This document shows, piece by piece, positions 6,916-16,052 of a stretch of DNA of 45,960 bases. This DNA comes from a virus: positions 1-45,960 of the IMG/VR virus record IMGVR_UViG_3300017424_000001. One strand, given 5' to 3'. The translations under genes were made by a program, and so were the position numbers. Each line of letters starts with the position of its first letter. The first letter of the stretch is position 1. Under the pieces are notes generated by a model, which was given only the letters and a program-made list of their open reading frames with translations, was not told where the DNA came from and made no database searches.

Positions 6916-7517
6916 GCGTGATCGCGACCGCTGTCCGTCATCTTCTCGCCGCTGGCGTGACCGGTGAAGCACTGGTCGCGGCTATCGCTGACATGGAGGC
7001 TTCGCAGCCTGTTGACGCCGTTGCCGAGAAGCGCCGGGCATACGATCGGGAACGCAAGAGGGCGCTTAAATCCACCGGAATTCCACCGGAAACCGCGGAA
7101 TCCACGGAAAATCCCTCCCCCTCCCCTTCTTCCTCCCCAGACCCCTCCAACAACCCCACCCCCACCCACGGAGAGATACCCCGTGCGCGTAAGGCCTCGG
7201 CTTGCAGGCTTCCGGAAAGCTGGAACCCGGAACCGTTAGGCGGCGACGTGGCCAAGGCCTCGGCAGCATGGCCACCCGGGGCCCTCGACCGAGAGCTGGC
7301 GAGGTTCCGAGACTGGGCCGCCAGCGCATCCGGGGCAAACGCCCGAAAATCCGACTGGCAAGCCGCTTGGCGCAACTGGGTCCGCAAGGCCGATGACGAA
7401 GGAAGATACCGAAATGACCAACTTCGCAGCAATCGTGGACCAGCTTCGAAATCCAATGACGGTTTCCTCAACGCGATCCGCGAATCCGGTGAACGTCGTC
7501 GCGCCGCAAACGGTTGA
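6912..7517 (+). CDS. Putative replication initiation (lambda O-like/DnaT-like) protein
   Basis: ATG 6912 (ATGA overlap). C-terminal W-rich motif LARFRDWAASASGANARKSDWQAAWRNWVRKA. Iteron-like repeats and a low-complexity linker lie inside the gene. Confidence 0.45.
   Translation: MSVIATAVRHLLAAGVTGEALVAAIADMEASQPVDAVAEKRRAYDRERKRALKSTGIPPETAESTENPSPSPSSSPDPSNNPTPTHGEIPRARKASACRLPESWNPEPLGGDVAKASAAWPPGALDRELARFRDWAASASGANARKSDWQAAWRNWVRKADDEGRYRNDQLRSNRGPASKSNDGFLNAIRESGERRRAANG
7071..7110 (+). repeat. Four tandem iteron-like repeats (candidate ori)
   Basis: TCCACCGGAA (7071-7080), TCCACCGGAA (7082-7091), ACCGCGGAA (7092-7100), TCCACGGAAA (7101-7110). Followed by a nearly G-free tract at 7111-7169. 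Confidence 0.5.
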
Positions 7518-8067
7518 GGAATGCAACGCGCTGCGAGCCTGGGCGGAGAGCGCGCCGATGGTCGCGCAGCCTGCTGCATCGACCGAGCAGATCGAAAAGC
7601 ACCTGGAGTTCCTCGCCGCAACGCTTCCGTCCAAGAATGTGGATGACGAGAGCGGCCGGCGCCGCTTCGCGGTCTATGTCTCGCTGCTGGGCCAGTATTC
7701 GAACGAGGCCCTGCAATTCATGGCTCGCGAGGCCTGCCGGACCTATGACTGGTTCCCAACGCCGCGCCAATGCCTCGACCTGATCGCCAATTACCGGCCC
7801 CCGGCATCGGACCGCGAAACCGCTCTGCGCTTGTGTGCTGACTTTGCCGAGAACCGGTTTGCACATTGGCTGGTCAATATCCGCAACGGTCAGCCGATCG
7901 GCGATGTACCCGACAAGTGGCTGCGCATCGCGGTAGAGCAGGGGGCTATGCGACGCCTGTCGGACGGGTCGTATGTCTCGCGCGCGCTCTACCAGGGCCC
8001 GACCAAGCCATATGAGGTGCCGGTGCGCGTCCCGTTCGATCCCGCGACGCTCGATGGCGCAGCATGA
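7414..8067 (+). CDS. Hypothetical protein of the replication module
   Basis: ORF 7393..8067. ATG 7414 has AGGAAG 8 nt upstream; alternative ATG at 7393. Higher hand-counted GC3 than the overlapping frame. Confidence 0.55.
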   Translation: MTNFAAIVDQLRNPMTVSSTRSANPVNVVAPQTVEECNALRAWAESAPMVAQPAASTEQIEKHLEFLAATLPSKNVDDESGRRRFAVYVSLLGQYSNEALQFMAREACRTYDWFPTPRQCLDLIANYRPPASDRETALRLCADFAENRFAHWLVNIRNGQPIGDVPDKWLRIAVEQGAMRRLSDGSYVSRALYQGPTKPYEVPVRVPFDPATLDGAA

Positions 8068-8239
8068 CCGCCGATACGACAACCCCGGCCGCGCACCTAC
8101 TCGCTGGCCTGAAGACGCAAAGGTCCGCGTCACATGGGCAAACGGCCGCGCCTCGTCCCATGCGTACTCAGTCAACGCGCTGCGCTGGTCTTGCACCGGC
8201 AGCGATTGGGACATCGCCACATTCTGGAAGGACTCCTGA
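8054..8239 (+). CDS. Small hypothetical protein (61 aa)
   Basis: ORF 7973..8239 trimmed to ATG 8054. Hand-counted GC3 is about 77 percent in this frame, against a mixed value in the alternative frame. Confidence 0.5.
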   Translation: MAQHDRRYDNPGRAPTRWPEDAKVRVTWANGRASSHAYSVNALRWSCTGSDWDIATFWKDS

Positions 8240-8437
8240 ATGAACTGCCCCACCTGCAACAAGGGCACCGAGGTGATCGACAGCCGCCTTATCCCGAACG
8301 GGGTCCGTCGTCGCCGTCAGTGCCTGAACGACCACCGGTTCACGACGATCGAGCAGCTGCCGCAGCCGAGGCTCGTCGCGCAACTCAGGGCCATCGCAAC
8401 GGCCATCGAAGGCACAGCCAAGGGGAAGAAGGCATGA
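8240..8437 (+). CDS. NrdR-like zinc-ribbon protein without an ATP-cone
   Basis: [40 protein letters not shown] parallels the NrdR N-terminal Zn ribbon (C-x2-C ... IRRRR-x-C ... FTT-E). Confidence 0.6.
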   Translation: MNCPTCNKGTEVIDSRLIPNGVRRRRQCLNDHRFTTIEQLPQPRLVAQLRAIATAIEGTAKGKKA

Positions 8438-8874
8438 ACGGCGTTCTGGCATTTGTAGGCTTTATGAGCGGGGTCAGCGCTGTCGCGTTCCTGCCGTTCT
8501 GGATCAAGCCGGCAGTAAGCCTGTTCGTCCGCCCCCAGCCTTTGGTCTTGCTCGTCTGCGACATGCTGCGCGTGGCCATTGGCTGGACTGACGGCGGCAA
8601 TACGCTGGTGCACCAAACGGGTGTCAATCTTTACCTCAGCTTCCGCACAGCCGGCGCTCAGAAATACTACAAGCTTTCGATCGATGGTGCGGAGGTGCGT
8701 TTGAACGAGGGCGATCGCTACCGCCTCCGTCGTGCGCTCCGATTTTATGACAAGCGACATTCCGACGTCGAGAATGAACGTGCTGCACGGATTCTCGCTG
8801 ACAAAGCCAAGCAGTTTGCTGACCGCGCGCGCAGCCATGCCGACAATGTCGTGAAAATTCGGGCCGCACGATGA
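8434..8874 (+). CDS. Membrane-anchored hypothetical protein
   Basis: ORF 8134..8874 trimmed to ATG 8434 (ATGA overlap). N-terminal TM segments [21 protein letters not shown]. Confidence 0.5.
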   Translation: MNGVLAFVGFMSGVSAVAFLPFWIKPAVSLFVRPQPLVLLVCDMLRVAIGWTDGGNTLVHQTGVNLYLSFRTAGAQKYYKLSIDGAEVRLNEGDRYRLRRALRFYDKRHSDVENERAARILADKAKQFADRARSHADNVVKIRAAR

Positions 8875-8920
8875 CCCCCACCACCCTCGAGACACCATCC
8901 CATAAGCTAGGAGACGCAGC

Positions 8921-9055
8921 ATGAGTGAGATCGACGACGATGACGGCATGATCTGCTGCCAGTGGTGTGGTGACGAGTTTCCGCCCGAGAAGATGGCAAC
9001 GGCAGGTCTTTGCGAGGACTGCGTTGAGGTCGCGGATGAGGAAATGGAGCCATGA
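8921..9055 (+). CDS. Small Zn-ribbon protein (44 aa, below the ORF-track cutoff)
   Basis: AGGAGA at 8908-8913, then ATG 8921. Product is MSEIDDDDGMICCQWCGDEFPPEKMATAGLCEDCVEVADEEMEP. ATGA overlap with the next gene. Confidence 0.5.
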   Translation: MSEIDDDDGMICCQWCGDEFPPEKMATAGLCEDCVEVADEEMEP

Positions 9056-9561
9056 GCCTCGTGGGTTTCGCCATCACGAACCACCCGCAGCAGGTCGGTA
9101 AGCGTGGGGCATCGGATACGGTTGACGAGCGCATCACGCCCGCCAAGGTATTTGATCCGCTGCACGCTGAGTTTGGGTTCACGCTCGACGCCGCAGCCAA
9201 CCCGAACAACTGCCGCGTGCCGCGCTTCCACAGCCTGCAGGACAGCGGCTTAGAGGCATCATGGGCAGGCGAGCGGGTATGGTGCAACCCACCATACAGC
9301 GCGATCCGACCTTGGGTCGAGAAGGCATGGGCCGAGTTCAATGCCGGCTGCCCACTGGTCGCCATGCTGCTCCCTGCGAACCGCACCGAGCAAGGCTGGT
9401 GGCAGGATCTTATCGAACCGCACCGCGATGGCAAGGGCGCGATCGAGACCCGGTTCTTCCGCAGCCGCTTCAACTTCGGCGTGCCGGGCAATGAGGCCGG
9501 CAAGTTCAATAGCTCGCCCCCGTTCGGATGCGTGCTTGTCATCTGGAGGAAAGCGCAATGA
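9052..9561 (+). CDS. Phage DNA N6-adenine methyltransferase (Dam family)
   Basis: FGFTLDAAANPNN...WCNPPYS (NPPY catalytic motif) with the overall phage Dam (Pfam Dam-like) architecture. Confidence 0.8.
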   Translation: MSLVGFAITNHPQQVGKRGASDTVDERITPAKVFDPLHAEFGFTLDAAANPNNCRVPRFHSLQDSGLEASWAGERVWCNPPYSAIRPWVEKAWAEFNAGCPLVAMLLPANRTEQGWWQDLIEPHRDGKGAIETRFFRSRFNFGVPGNEAGKFNSSPPFGCVLVIWRKAQ

Positions 9562-9761
9562 GCGACGCAATCAACGATTGGATCGAGAACGGCAACCGTT
9601 CGGCCAAGTGCTCTAGCGGTCTGCCGGAATCAGTCATGCGCGCCATCGCAGACGCGAAGGAGTTCGTTGAGGCGACTGAAACTGACGGTTTCGACCCGAA
9701 CGACGCGCTCGATCTTCTGCGTGAAATCGCCGCTCTCGCCACCCCGGCCACCACCGCATGA
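9558..9761 (+). CDS. Hypothetical acidic protein
   Basis: ORF 9528..9761 trimmed to ATG 9558 (ATGA overlap). Confidence 0.5.
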   Translation: MSDAINDWIENGNRSAKCSSGLPESVMRAIADAKEFVEATETDGFDPNDALDLLREIAALATPATTA

Positions 9762-9868
9762 AGACCAAGGACGAAGGCACCGCATGGCTCCTCTCTCACG
9801 GATGGGTCCAGTGCGAGGGGCGATGGGTCAGGACCACGCAGCAGTATCAGCAAGGAGCGACGGCATGA
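9758..9868 (+). CDS. Very small hypothetical protein (36 aa)
   Basis: ATGA overlaps at both ends (9758 and 9865). Product is MKTKDEGTAWLLSHGWVQCEGRWVRTTQQYQQGATA. Confidence 0.35.
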   Translation: MKTKDEGTAWLLSHGWVQCEGRWVRTTQQYQQGATA

Positions 9869-10428
9869 ACGCGTTGGCAACGATCGAACCGGAGGCCATC
9901 GCGCTCGCGCTGCCTGACGACATGGCATTCGAGGACTGGAAGCAGCTTGGCGGTGACCTGTTCGACCGCAGGCGTAAGTGCGATTGGATGATGGCTGACT
10001 GGTGGCGCCACGGTGCGGCTAACTTCCGCGCCGAACCGCAATTCGCCCTGATGCTCGAGCAGACCGCGGCCGACCCAAAACGCCTCTCCGCAATGGCCAA
10101 GGTAGCCGAAGCCTTCCCGCCACACATGCGCGCCGGCAGCCTGTCGTTCGAGGTTCACCGCGAGATCGCATCGGTCGCGACCCCTGAGGATCGCTTGGCC
10201 ATGATCGCCCGCGCTGATCAGGAACGGTGGACCGAGAAGACCGCGCACGCTCAGGTCGTCACCTACCGATACGAGCAGGGCACGCTGTTACCCGAGGACG
10301 ACCCCGAGAACCGGGAGGCGGTCGAGATCATCCGCGCCTGGAACCGAGCGAGCCCCGCAGCACGCGCCTACGCATACGAACTGATGCCGGAGAACTTCGG
10401 CGCCATCAACGAAGGGGAAGTCCAGTGA
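9865..10428 (+). CDS. Conserved-looking hypothetical phage protein
   Basis: ORF 9667..10428 trimmed to ATG 9865 (AAGGAG at 9852-9857). Confidence 0.55.
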   Translation: MNALATIEPEAIALALPDDMAFEDWKQLGGDLFDRRRKCDWMMADWWRHGAANFRAEPQFALMLEQTAADPKRLSAMAKVAEAFPPHMRAGSLSFEVHREIASVATPEDRLAMIARADQERWTEKTAHAQVVTYRYEQGTLLPEDDPENREAVEIIRAWNRASPAARAYAYELMPENFGAINEGEVQ

Positions 10429-10688
10429 GCGATTTGAACATGATGCGCGATGCCACGTTGGCACGGATGAGCGCAGCAACCGCCGCGCGGCCAAGCCACG
10501 CAACGGTGTTCCCTCCGCGCTGCACCGACGACGAAGCAAGCGCGGTCCTCGACGAACTGGCGAAGCTTCAACACCTGATGGTGATGAACGCCCAGCGCGG
10601 TCGTGAATGGATGGCCGCTGCCGACCTCGTTCAACGCACCCGCATCCTCATTATCGAACGCTGCAAGCGTAAGGGAAACGTAGCATGA
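10425..10688 (+). CDS. Hypothetical protein
   Basis: GTG 10425 overlaps the upstream stop (GTGA). Alternative ATG at 10440. Confidence 0.5.
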   Translation: MSDLNMMRDATLARMSAATAARPSHATVFPPRCTDDEASAVLDELAKLQHLMVMNAQRGREWMAAADLVQRTRILIIERCKRKGNVA

Positions 10689-10906
10689 TGAAAGCCTACA
10701 GCACCAAGCAACCCCGTCCGATCCCGGTCGAGTACGCCGACACCTTCGTGAAGTACGGTCACAGCGTATGCCAGCAGATGTTCGGTAAGCGCGCGGCGCA
10801 GCGGTATTTCACGGCGAGCGGACCGACCCGGCTTCGTCAGATGCGGGATGAATACCGGGCTGCTGCGAAGGCGGTAACGCCCGGTAGCGGCAAAGGGCAG
10901 GGGTAG
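10685..10906 (+). CDS. Hypothetical protein
   Basis: ORF track, 73 aa, ATGA overlap. Confidence 0.5.
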   Translation: MMKAYSTKQPRPIPVEYADTFVKYGHSVCQQMFGKRAAQRYFTASGPTRLRQMRDEYRAAAKAVTPGSGKGQG

Positions 10907-10912
10907 CAGGTT

Positions 10913-11287
10913 ATGACCCCGCTCCAGACCGCGTTCGTCAGCGAATATTTGATTGACCTGAACGCCACACAGGCTGCGATCCGCGCCGGTTACAGCCCCG
11001 ATACCGCGCGACAGATCGGATCCGAAAACCTGTCAAAACCGGACATCGCCGATGCCATTGCTGCGGCCAAAGCTGAGCGGTCGCATAAGACCGGCATAGA
11101 CGCTGCGTGGGTGCTGTCGGAGGCTCAGTCTGTGTACTGGGAAGCTCGTGGTATCAACAAGCTCCCAGAGGCTTTGAAAGCGCTGGAGCTATGCGGCAAG
11201 CACGTCGACATTCAGGCGTTCAAGGACAAGATCGAGCACAGCGGGGCAATCGCGTTGGTCGTGAACGGCGAGGATGCGGGGCTATGA
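10913..11287 (+). CDS. terS: Terminase small subunit (Terminase_2 type)
   Basis: LQTAFVSEYLIDLNATQAAIRAGYSPDTARQIGSENLSKPDIADAI is the characteristic Terminase_2 N-terminal HTH. Confidence 0.8.
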   Translation: MTPLQTAFVSEYLIDLNATQAAIRAGYSPDTARQIGSENLSKPDIADAIAAAKAERSHKTGIDAAWVLSEAQSVYWEARGINKLPEALKALELCGKHVDIQAFKDKIEHSGAIALVVNGEDAGL

Positions 11288-11538
11288 CCATGGAAGCGCT
11301 CAACCGTATGGCGGCACCATTCGGCGACACGCCAAGCGATGTGGCGGCTAAAGCCATTTACGATGCGATCGACCCGCTTAGCGGTGACCCGATCGCAACT
11401 GTCATCCACATGAGCGATCATCTATTCTGGGATGACCGGCTTCCGGGGGCCACGGACATTGAGCGGCAATTGGCGGCGGTCAGGTTGATCTGCCGTGTCG
11501 CCGCGTGTGTTGCACTGGAGACGGTCGCACCAAAGTGA
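11284..11538 (+). CDS. Hypothetical protein between terS and terL
   Basis: ORF 11107..11538 trimmed to ATG 11284 (ATGA overlap). Confidence 0.5.
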   Translation: MTMEALNRMAAPFGDTPSDVAAKAIYDAIDPLSGDPIATVIHMSDHLFWDDRLPGATDIERQLAAVRLICRVAACVALETVAPK

Positions 11539-12941
11539 CCCCCGCCACCCTCACCACGAAGCAGCGTGAGGCCAACCGACTGCTCGCCGGACCCGCCCGC
11601 AACATCATGCTCAGGGGCGGCTCGCGCTCGGGCAAGACGTTCCTGCTCGTCCGCGCCATCATCCAGCGTGCGATCAACGCGCCTGGCAGCCGGCACGTCG
11701 TCTTCCGGTTTCGGTTCAACCACGCCAAGACCAGCATCTGGGCGGACACCATGCCTAAGGTGCTCAAGCTGTGCTTCCCGACGCTGCGGCACCGGTTCGA
11801 CAAGACCGACTTTTACCTTGACCTGCCCAACGGATCGCAGGTCTGGATCGCGGGTCTGGACGACAAGGAGCGGGTCGAGAAGATCCTCGGTGCCGAGTAT
11901 TGCACCCTGTATTTCAACGAGAGCAGCCAGATCCCGTGGGGGTCGATCGAGACGGCCATGTCGCGCCTTGCCCAAAAGGTCGAGCTGGCACCGGAGATCG
12001 CCGCAGCAACGGGCAAGACGCATATCTCCCTCAAGGCGTATTTCGACTGCAACCCGCCGTCAAAGCTGCACTGGTCGTTCCAGCTATTCCGCTCGAAGGT
12101 GAAGCCCGGGACGAAGGAGGCGTTGCCCCATCCCGAGGATTACGTTGAGATGAAGGTCAACCCGGCCGACAACGCGGACAACCTGCCTGCCGAGTATTTC
12201 GATGTGCTCGCCAGCATGTCGTCGGCCAAGCGGCTGCGCTTCGAGGCCGGGGAGTGGGCGAGCGAGGTCAATGGCGCGCTGTGGTCGCTCGACGATCGTC
12301 ATGTCGACGCGCGCACCGAGGACGACGGCACGGTTATCCCCGCGCAGGACATCATCGGCATCGAGCGCACCCGTGCGACGCTGGAATGGGAAGGAGAGGT
12401 GCCGTTCGCTGTCTATAATGGCGCCCGCATTGCCATGCAGCGCATCGTCATTGCGGTCGATCCCTCGGGCACCAAGGGCGACAACGGAGGCGATGACATC
12501 GGCATCGTTGCCGCTGGCCTGGGCGTCGACGGCCGCGGCTACGTCTTCGAGGACGCAAGCTGCAACCTGAGCCCGGAAGGTTGGGGTAGGCGGGCTGCCG
12601 AGCGGTACAAGCGGTGGGGCGCCGATCGCGTCGTCGGTGAGAGCAACTATGGCGGTGACCTCGTCCGCGCCACGGTGCAGACCACCGACAAGGGCATATC
12701 ATACAAGCCTGTCAGCGCCACGCGCGGCAAGGTCGTGCGCGCCGAGCCGATCGCAGCGCTCTACGAGCAGGGCAAGATCAGCCATGTCGGCACGTTTCCC
12801 GACCTCGAAGATCAGATGTGCAACTTCACCGCGTCGGGTTTCGTGGGCGAGGGTTCGCCGGATAGGGCTGACGCGCTGGTATGGGCTCTCACAGAGCTGA
12901 TGATGGGGGCGACGGCGTACAGCATCGACGCGTTCATTTGA
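11535..12941 (+). CDS. terL: Terminase large subunit (PBSX/Terminase_6 type)
   Basis: Walker A GGSRSGKTF. Size and position fit. GTG 11535 overlaps the upstream stop (GTGA); the ORF-track start is 11505. Confidence 0.9.
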   Translation: MTPATLTTKQREANRLLAGPARNIMLRGGSRSGKTFLLVRAIIQRAINAPGSRHVVFRFRFNHAKTSIWADTMPKVLKLCFPTLRHRFDKTDFYLDLPNGSQVWIAGLDDKERVEKILGAEYCTLYFNESSQIPWGSIETAMSRLAQKVELAPEIAAATGKTHISLKAYFDCNPPSKLHWSFQLFRSKVKPGTKEALPHPEDYVEMKVNPADNADNLPAEYFDVLASMSSAKRLRFEAGEWASEVNGALWSLDDRHVDARTEDDGTVIPAQDIIGIERTRATLEWEGEVPFAVYNGARIAMQRIVIAVDPSGTKGDNGGDDIGIVAAGLGVDGRGYVFEDASCNLSPEGWGRRAAERYKRWGADRVVGESNYGGDLVRATVQTTDKGISYKPVSATRGKVVRAEPIAALYEQGKISHVGTFPDLEDQMCNFTASGFVGEGSPDRADALVWALTELMMGATAYSIDAFI

Positions 12942-12951
12942 GACTGTTTGA

Positions 12952-13170
12952 GTGTCCGAGAAAGACGGTTATCGGACACAAGTCACGCTCTCCATGGGCA
13001 GCGTGACACAGGCCGATCGCGACGACTTGGCGCGTGCCGCCACCATGCTTGCGGAAGCCAAGCGCCTGCGCCGGGCAGTGCTGGCGCGGATCAGGCAGCG
13101 GAGATCCCGCGCAGCCCGACGTGCTGGCGGTAATTCACCTTCCAGCAGCGCCATACCCACGAAGCCATGA
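12952..13170 (+). CDS. Small basic hypothetical protein
   Basis: ORF track (GTG start). ATGA overlap with the portal gene. Confidence 0.45.
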   Translation: MSEKDGYRTQVTLSMGSVTQADRDDLARAATMLAEAKRLRRAVLARIRQRRSRAARRAGGNSPSSSAIPTKP

Positions 13171-14669
13171 CCGGTCCGCTTATCCTCGACAGCCAAGGCG
13201 CGCCGATGGTAGCGGCCCCCGCATCCTCACCGATCCGCATGAGCGACAGTCTCGGAGGCGCGATCCTCGGGGCAGGGCGCTTCCAGCAGGGGGCGGGCGG
13301 GTTTATCAATTCCATGTTCGGTCGCCAGATGGCGCTGTGCGCATATCAGCTTAGCGGGCTGATGCGGAAGGCAATCAGGATCCCTGCCGACGACCGTGTC
13401 CGCGAGTGGCGCGACTGGCAGGCTGAGTCAGACCAGATCACACTGCTGGAGGCTGAGGAGAAACGGCTAGGCCTGCTCGCCAAGGTCCGCCATGCCGAGA
13501 TCCTGCGCGGCATCGGTGGTGGCGCGCTGATCCTGGCGCTGCCCGGCGACCCAGCAACGCCCGCCCCCGCCACGATCGCCAAGGGCCAGTTGCAGGCGGT
13601 CAACGTCGTGTACCGCACGCAGCTGACACTGGTCGACATCGACAAAGAGATCACCTCGCCGAACTATGGCCTGCCGGCGTTCTACCAGTTCGGCGCCAAG
13701 GCTTCGAAGATCCACCCAAGCCGTGTTGTGGCGTTTCGCGGTGACCCGCTCGCGGCCGGTACGATCGGCATTAACGAGGAAGACGAGTTCTGGGGCGACT
13801 GCCGCCTCGACCAGATCTTCCGCGAGGGCCAACGCACCGACGACACAAAGGGCTGGTTCTCCGAGCTCGTCAAGAAAGCCAAGCTGCTCCGCATCGGCAT
13901 CCCCGACATTGCCGAGCTGACGGCAACCGCGGCTGGCCAGAGCAAGTTGAACGCTCGCATCGCCATGATCGCGACGGGTGAGAGCATCCTCAACGCCACT
14001 GTGTTCGGCGCTGCCGGCAAGGACGGGTCCGCAGGCGAGACGATCACCGACTTCCAGATCTCATGGGCCGGCATCCCCGCAATCATGGATGCCTTCGACC
14101 AGGCGTTCGCATCGGTCGCCGACATCCCGTTCACGCGCCTCTACGGCCGCTCGCCTGCTGGCATGAACGCGACGGGCAAGTCGGACGACAACAACTGGAA
14201 CAAGATGGTCGCGAGCGGGCAGAAGCTCGACACGAAGCCATGCCTTGAGCAGATCGATCCATTCCTGATCCGTTCGGCAGGGCTCGATCCTGCAAAGGTG
14301 ACGTGGAAGTTCGCGCCGCTCGATGTGCCGAGCGAGCAGGACGAGGCCACGACGTTCAAGACCACCATGGAGGCTGTCACTGCGTTGCAGGGCACCGGCG
14401 CCATCCCCGACGTCGCGTTTACCAAGGGCGTGCAGAACCTCATGTCCGAGCGCGAGTACATGCCCGGCCTCGACCAGGCGCTGGCACTCATTCCGGAAAA
14501 CGAGCGCTTCGGCATCACGGCCGAGCCGTCCAACGACAACACCGATCCGTCAGCCATCCAATCGGAAGGAGGTGATCAGACGTCTCAAGGTGCCGGGGGT
14601 GATGGAAGCGCCCCCGCGCGCCGGGTTGCCGCCAATGATGGGCGCCCGATGACCGAGGGGGACATCTAA
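13167..14669 (+). CDS. Portal protein (DUF1073 family)
   Basis: 500 aa directly after terL. Sequence character matches the DUF1073/HI1409 portal family. Confidence 0.8.
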   Translation: MTGPLILDSQGAPMVAAPASSPIRMSDSLGGAILGAGRFQQGAGGFINSMFGRQMALCAYQLSGLMRKAIRIPADDRVREWRDWQAESDQITLLEAEEKRLGLLAKVRHAEILRGIGGGALILALPGDPATPAPATIAKGQLQAVNVVYRTQLTLVDIDKEITSPNYGLPAFYQFGAKASKIHPSRVVAFRGDPLAAGTIGINEEDEFWGDCRLDQIFREGQRTDDTKGWFSELVKKAKLLRIGIPDIAELTATAAGQSKLNARIAMIATGESILNATVFGAAGKDGSAGETITDFQISWAGIPAIMDAFDQAFASVADIPFTRLYGRSPAGMNATGKSDDNNWNKMVASGQKLDTKPCLEQIDPFLIRSAGLDPAKVTWKFAPLDVPSEQDEATTFKTTMEAVTALQGTGAIPDVAFTKGVQNLMSEREYMPGLDQALALIPENERFGITAEPSNDNTDPSAIQSEGGDQTSQGAGGDGSAPARRVAANDGRPMTEGDI

Positions 14670-15019
14670 TGACCGCGACGAGCCGGAAAATCTGGTTCTG
14701 GCGCGCAGATCGGTATCTCACATGTGGCTGGCAAATTCATCGCACAGGCTTCGGCTCTAGCTTCGGATACTGGCTTGCAGCCCTCCATGACATCGTTCGC
14801 CCGCGCGCCGTGTGGGTGAAGACCCCTGCGAAGGAAGATATGATGACCGAACTGCGCCCCGGTGCCCGCATCCGCCTCGTTGATAGCGGCATCACGCTCC
14901 TCGACCACTGTGGCGAAGTGAAATCCTACACCATGGAGCGAGGACCGGACGGCCTACGCGTGACGCTTCATATGCCTGAGCCGGTATCCATAGAAGACGC
15001 CAGAAACTCGGCCGATTGA
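14669..15019 (+). CDS. Hypothetical protein
   Basis: TAATG junction with the portal gene. A possible alternative start lies at the MMTELRPG methionines. Confidence 0.45.
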   Translation: MTATSRKIWFWRADRYLTCGWQIHRTGFGSSFGYWLAALHDIVRPRAVWVKTPAKEDMMTELRPGARIRLVDSGITLLDHCGEVKSYTMERGPDGLRVTLHMPEPVSIEDARNSAD

Positions 15020-15061
15020 CCCGCACTCACCGCCCGAACCGCCAACGCGAAAGGCGATCCC

Positions 15062-15862
15062 GTGAAATACGACCTGACCGGCATGGCCCAGAGAGCATCC
15101 AACATCAGGCGCCGGTCGATCGTGATCCGGGATATTGCACCGCCCGCGGTTCTGGCATCTGATCTATATGCCGCGGCGTATCGTCCTGTCATCGCGCTGA
15201 TCGAGCGGTATGCCGGTTTCGCCAATGCCGAGTATGAGCGCACGCTGTCTGCGATGATAACCGACAGCGCTGACGATCTGGGCAACATCTTCGAACGGAT
15301 GGGCCAAGAGCTTGCCGCGCTGGTGCTGTCACTCCGGCCGGCGATGCGCGACTGGACGATCCGCGTTGAGCGTCAGAACCGATCGAAGTGGCGTGGCGCC
15401 GTGCTCGCGGCCACGAAGGTCGACCTTGAGACGCTGATAGGCCCGCAGGATGTCGAGCAGACGCTAGGCGAGATCCTCAGCTGGAATGTGGCGCTTGTCC
15501 GTGACGTCGGGGATCAGGCACGATCACGAATGTCCAACGCGGTGTTCGCTGGGTTGCGCGAACGGTCGCCGGCACGCGATGTGGCCAAGCAGATCCGAGA
15601 GGCTACCGGGTTCGCCCGCGATCGGTCGCTCCGGATCGCCTCGGACCAACTTACGAAGCTCACGTCGTCACTGGCATCGGAGCGCAGACGCCAGGCCGGG
15701 ATAGCGAAGTGGAAGTGGCGGTCGTCGCATAAGCTCCACTACCGCCCCGAGCATGCAGCCCGCGACGGGAAGGTCTACGACGACACAACTGCGCCGAAAG
15801 ACCTTCCCGGCCAGCTTCCGTTTTGCGGATGCCGCGAGCAGGCGGTGATCGAGTTCGATTAG
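15062..15862 (+). CDS. Head morphogenesis protein (SPP1 gp7 / Mu F family)
   Basis: C-terminal WRSSHKLHYRPEHAARDGKVYD...FCGCRE pattern typical of Phage_Mu_F. Confidence 0.8.
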   Translation: MKYDLTGMAQRASNIRRRSIVIRDIAPPAVLASDLYAAAYRPVIALIERYAGFANAEYERTLSAMITDSADDLGNIFERMGQELAALVLSLRPAMRDWTIRVERQNRSKWRGAVLAATKVDLETLIGPQDVEQTLGEILSWNVALVRDVGDQARSRMSNAVFAGLRERSPARDVAKQIREATGFARDRSLRIASDQLTKLTSSLASERRRQAGIAKWKWRSSHKLHYRPEHAARDGKVYDDTTAPKDLPGQLPFCGCREQAVIEFD

Positions 15863-16029
15863 GCCGGGTTGACCTTCTTCAACGATGCCTCGTTGTAATT
15901 GGCCGTGTGATGCTGGCCGTCTTTGTCCTCCCAGACAACGCCAGTGTTCCCGTCCCTGTTGACCCATTGAGCAGTCATGGGGCTGCTACCGGATTTCAGA
16001 ATAACTACGTCGCCAGGTGCAATTGACAT
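15859..16029 (-). CDS. DUF2158 (YodC-like) small protein, opposite-strand moron
   Basis: ORF 15859..16050 trimmed to ATG 16029 (AAGGAG 7 nt upstream). MSIAPGDVVILKSGSSPMTAQWV matches the DUF2158 pattern. Confidence 0.65.
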   Translation of the reverse strand: MSIAPGDVVILKSGSSPMTAQWVNRDGNTGVVWEDKDGQHHTANYNEASLKKVNPA

Positions 16030-16052
16030 ATCAGGTCTCCTTGCCCGCATTT

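Noticed and set aside
8589-8600. Sixth exact copy of TGACGGCGGCAA as a regulatory site
   Set aside because: It lies inside gene 8434-8874 (coding GWTDGGNT) with no start codon 32-34 nt downstream. It is probably a chance or coding-driven occurrence, and it weakens the statistics of the motif slightly.
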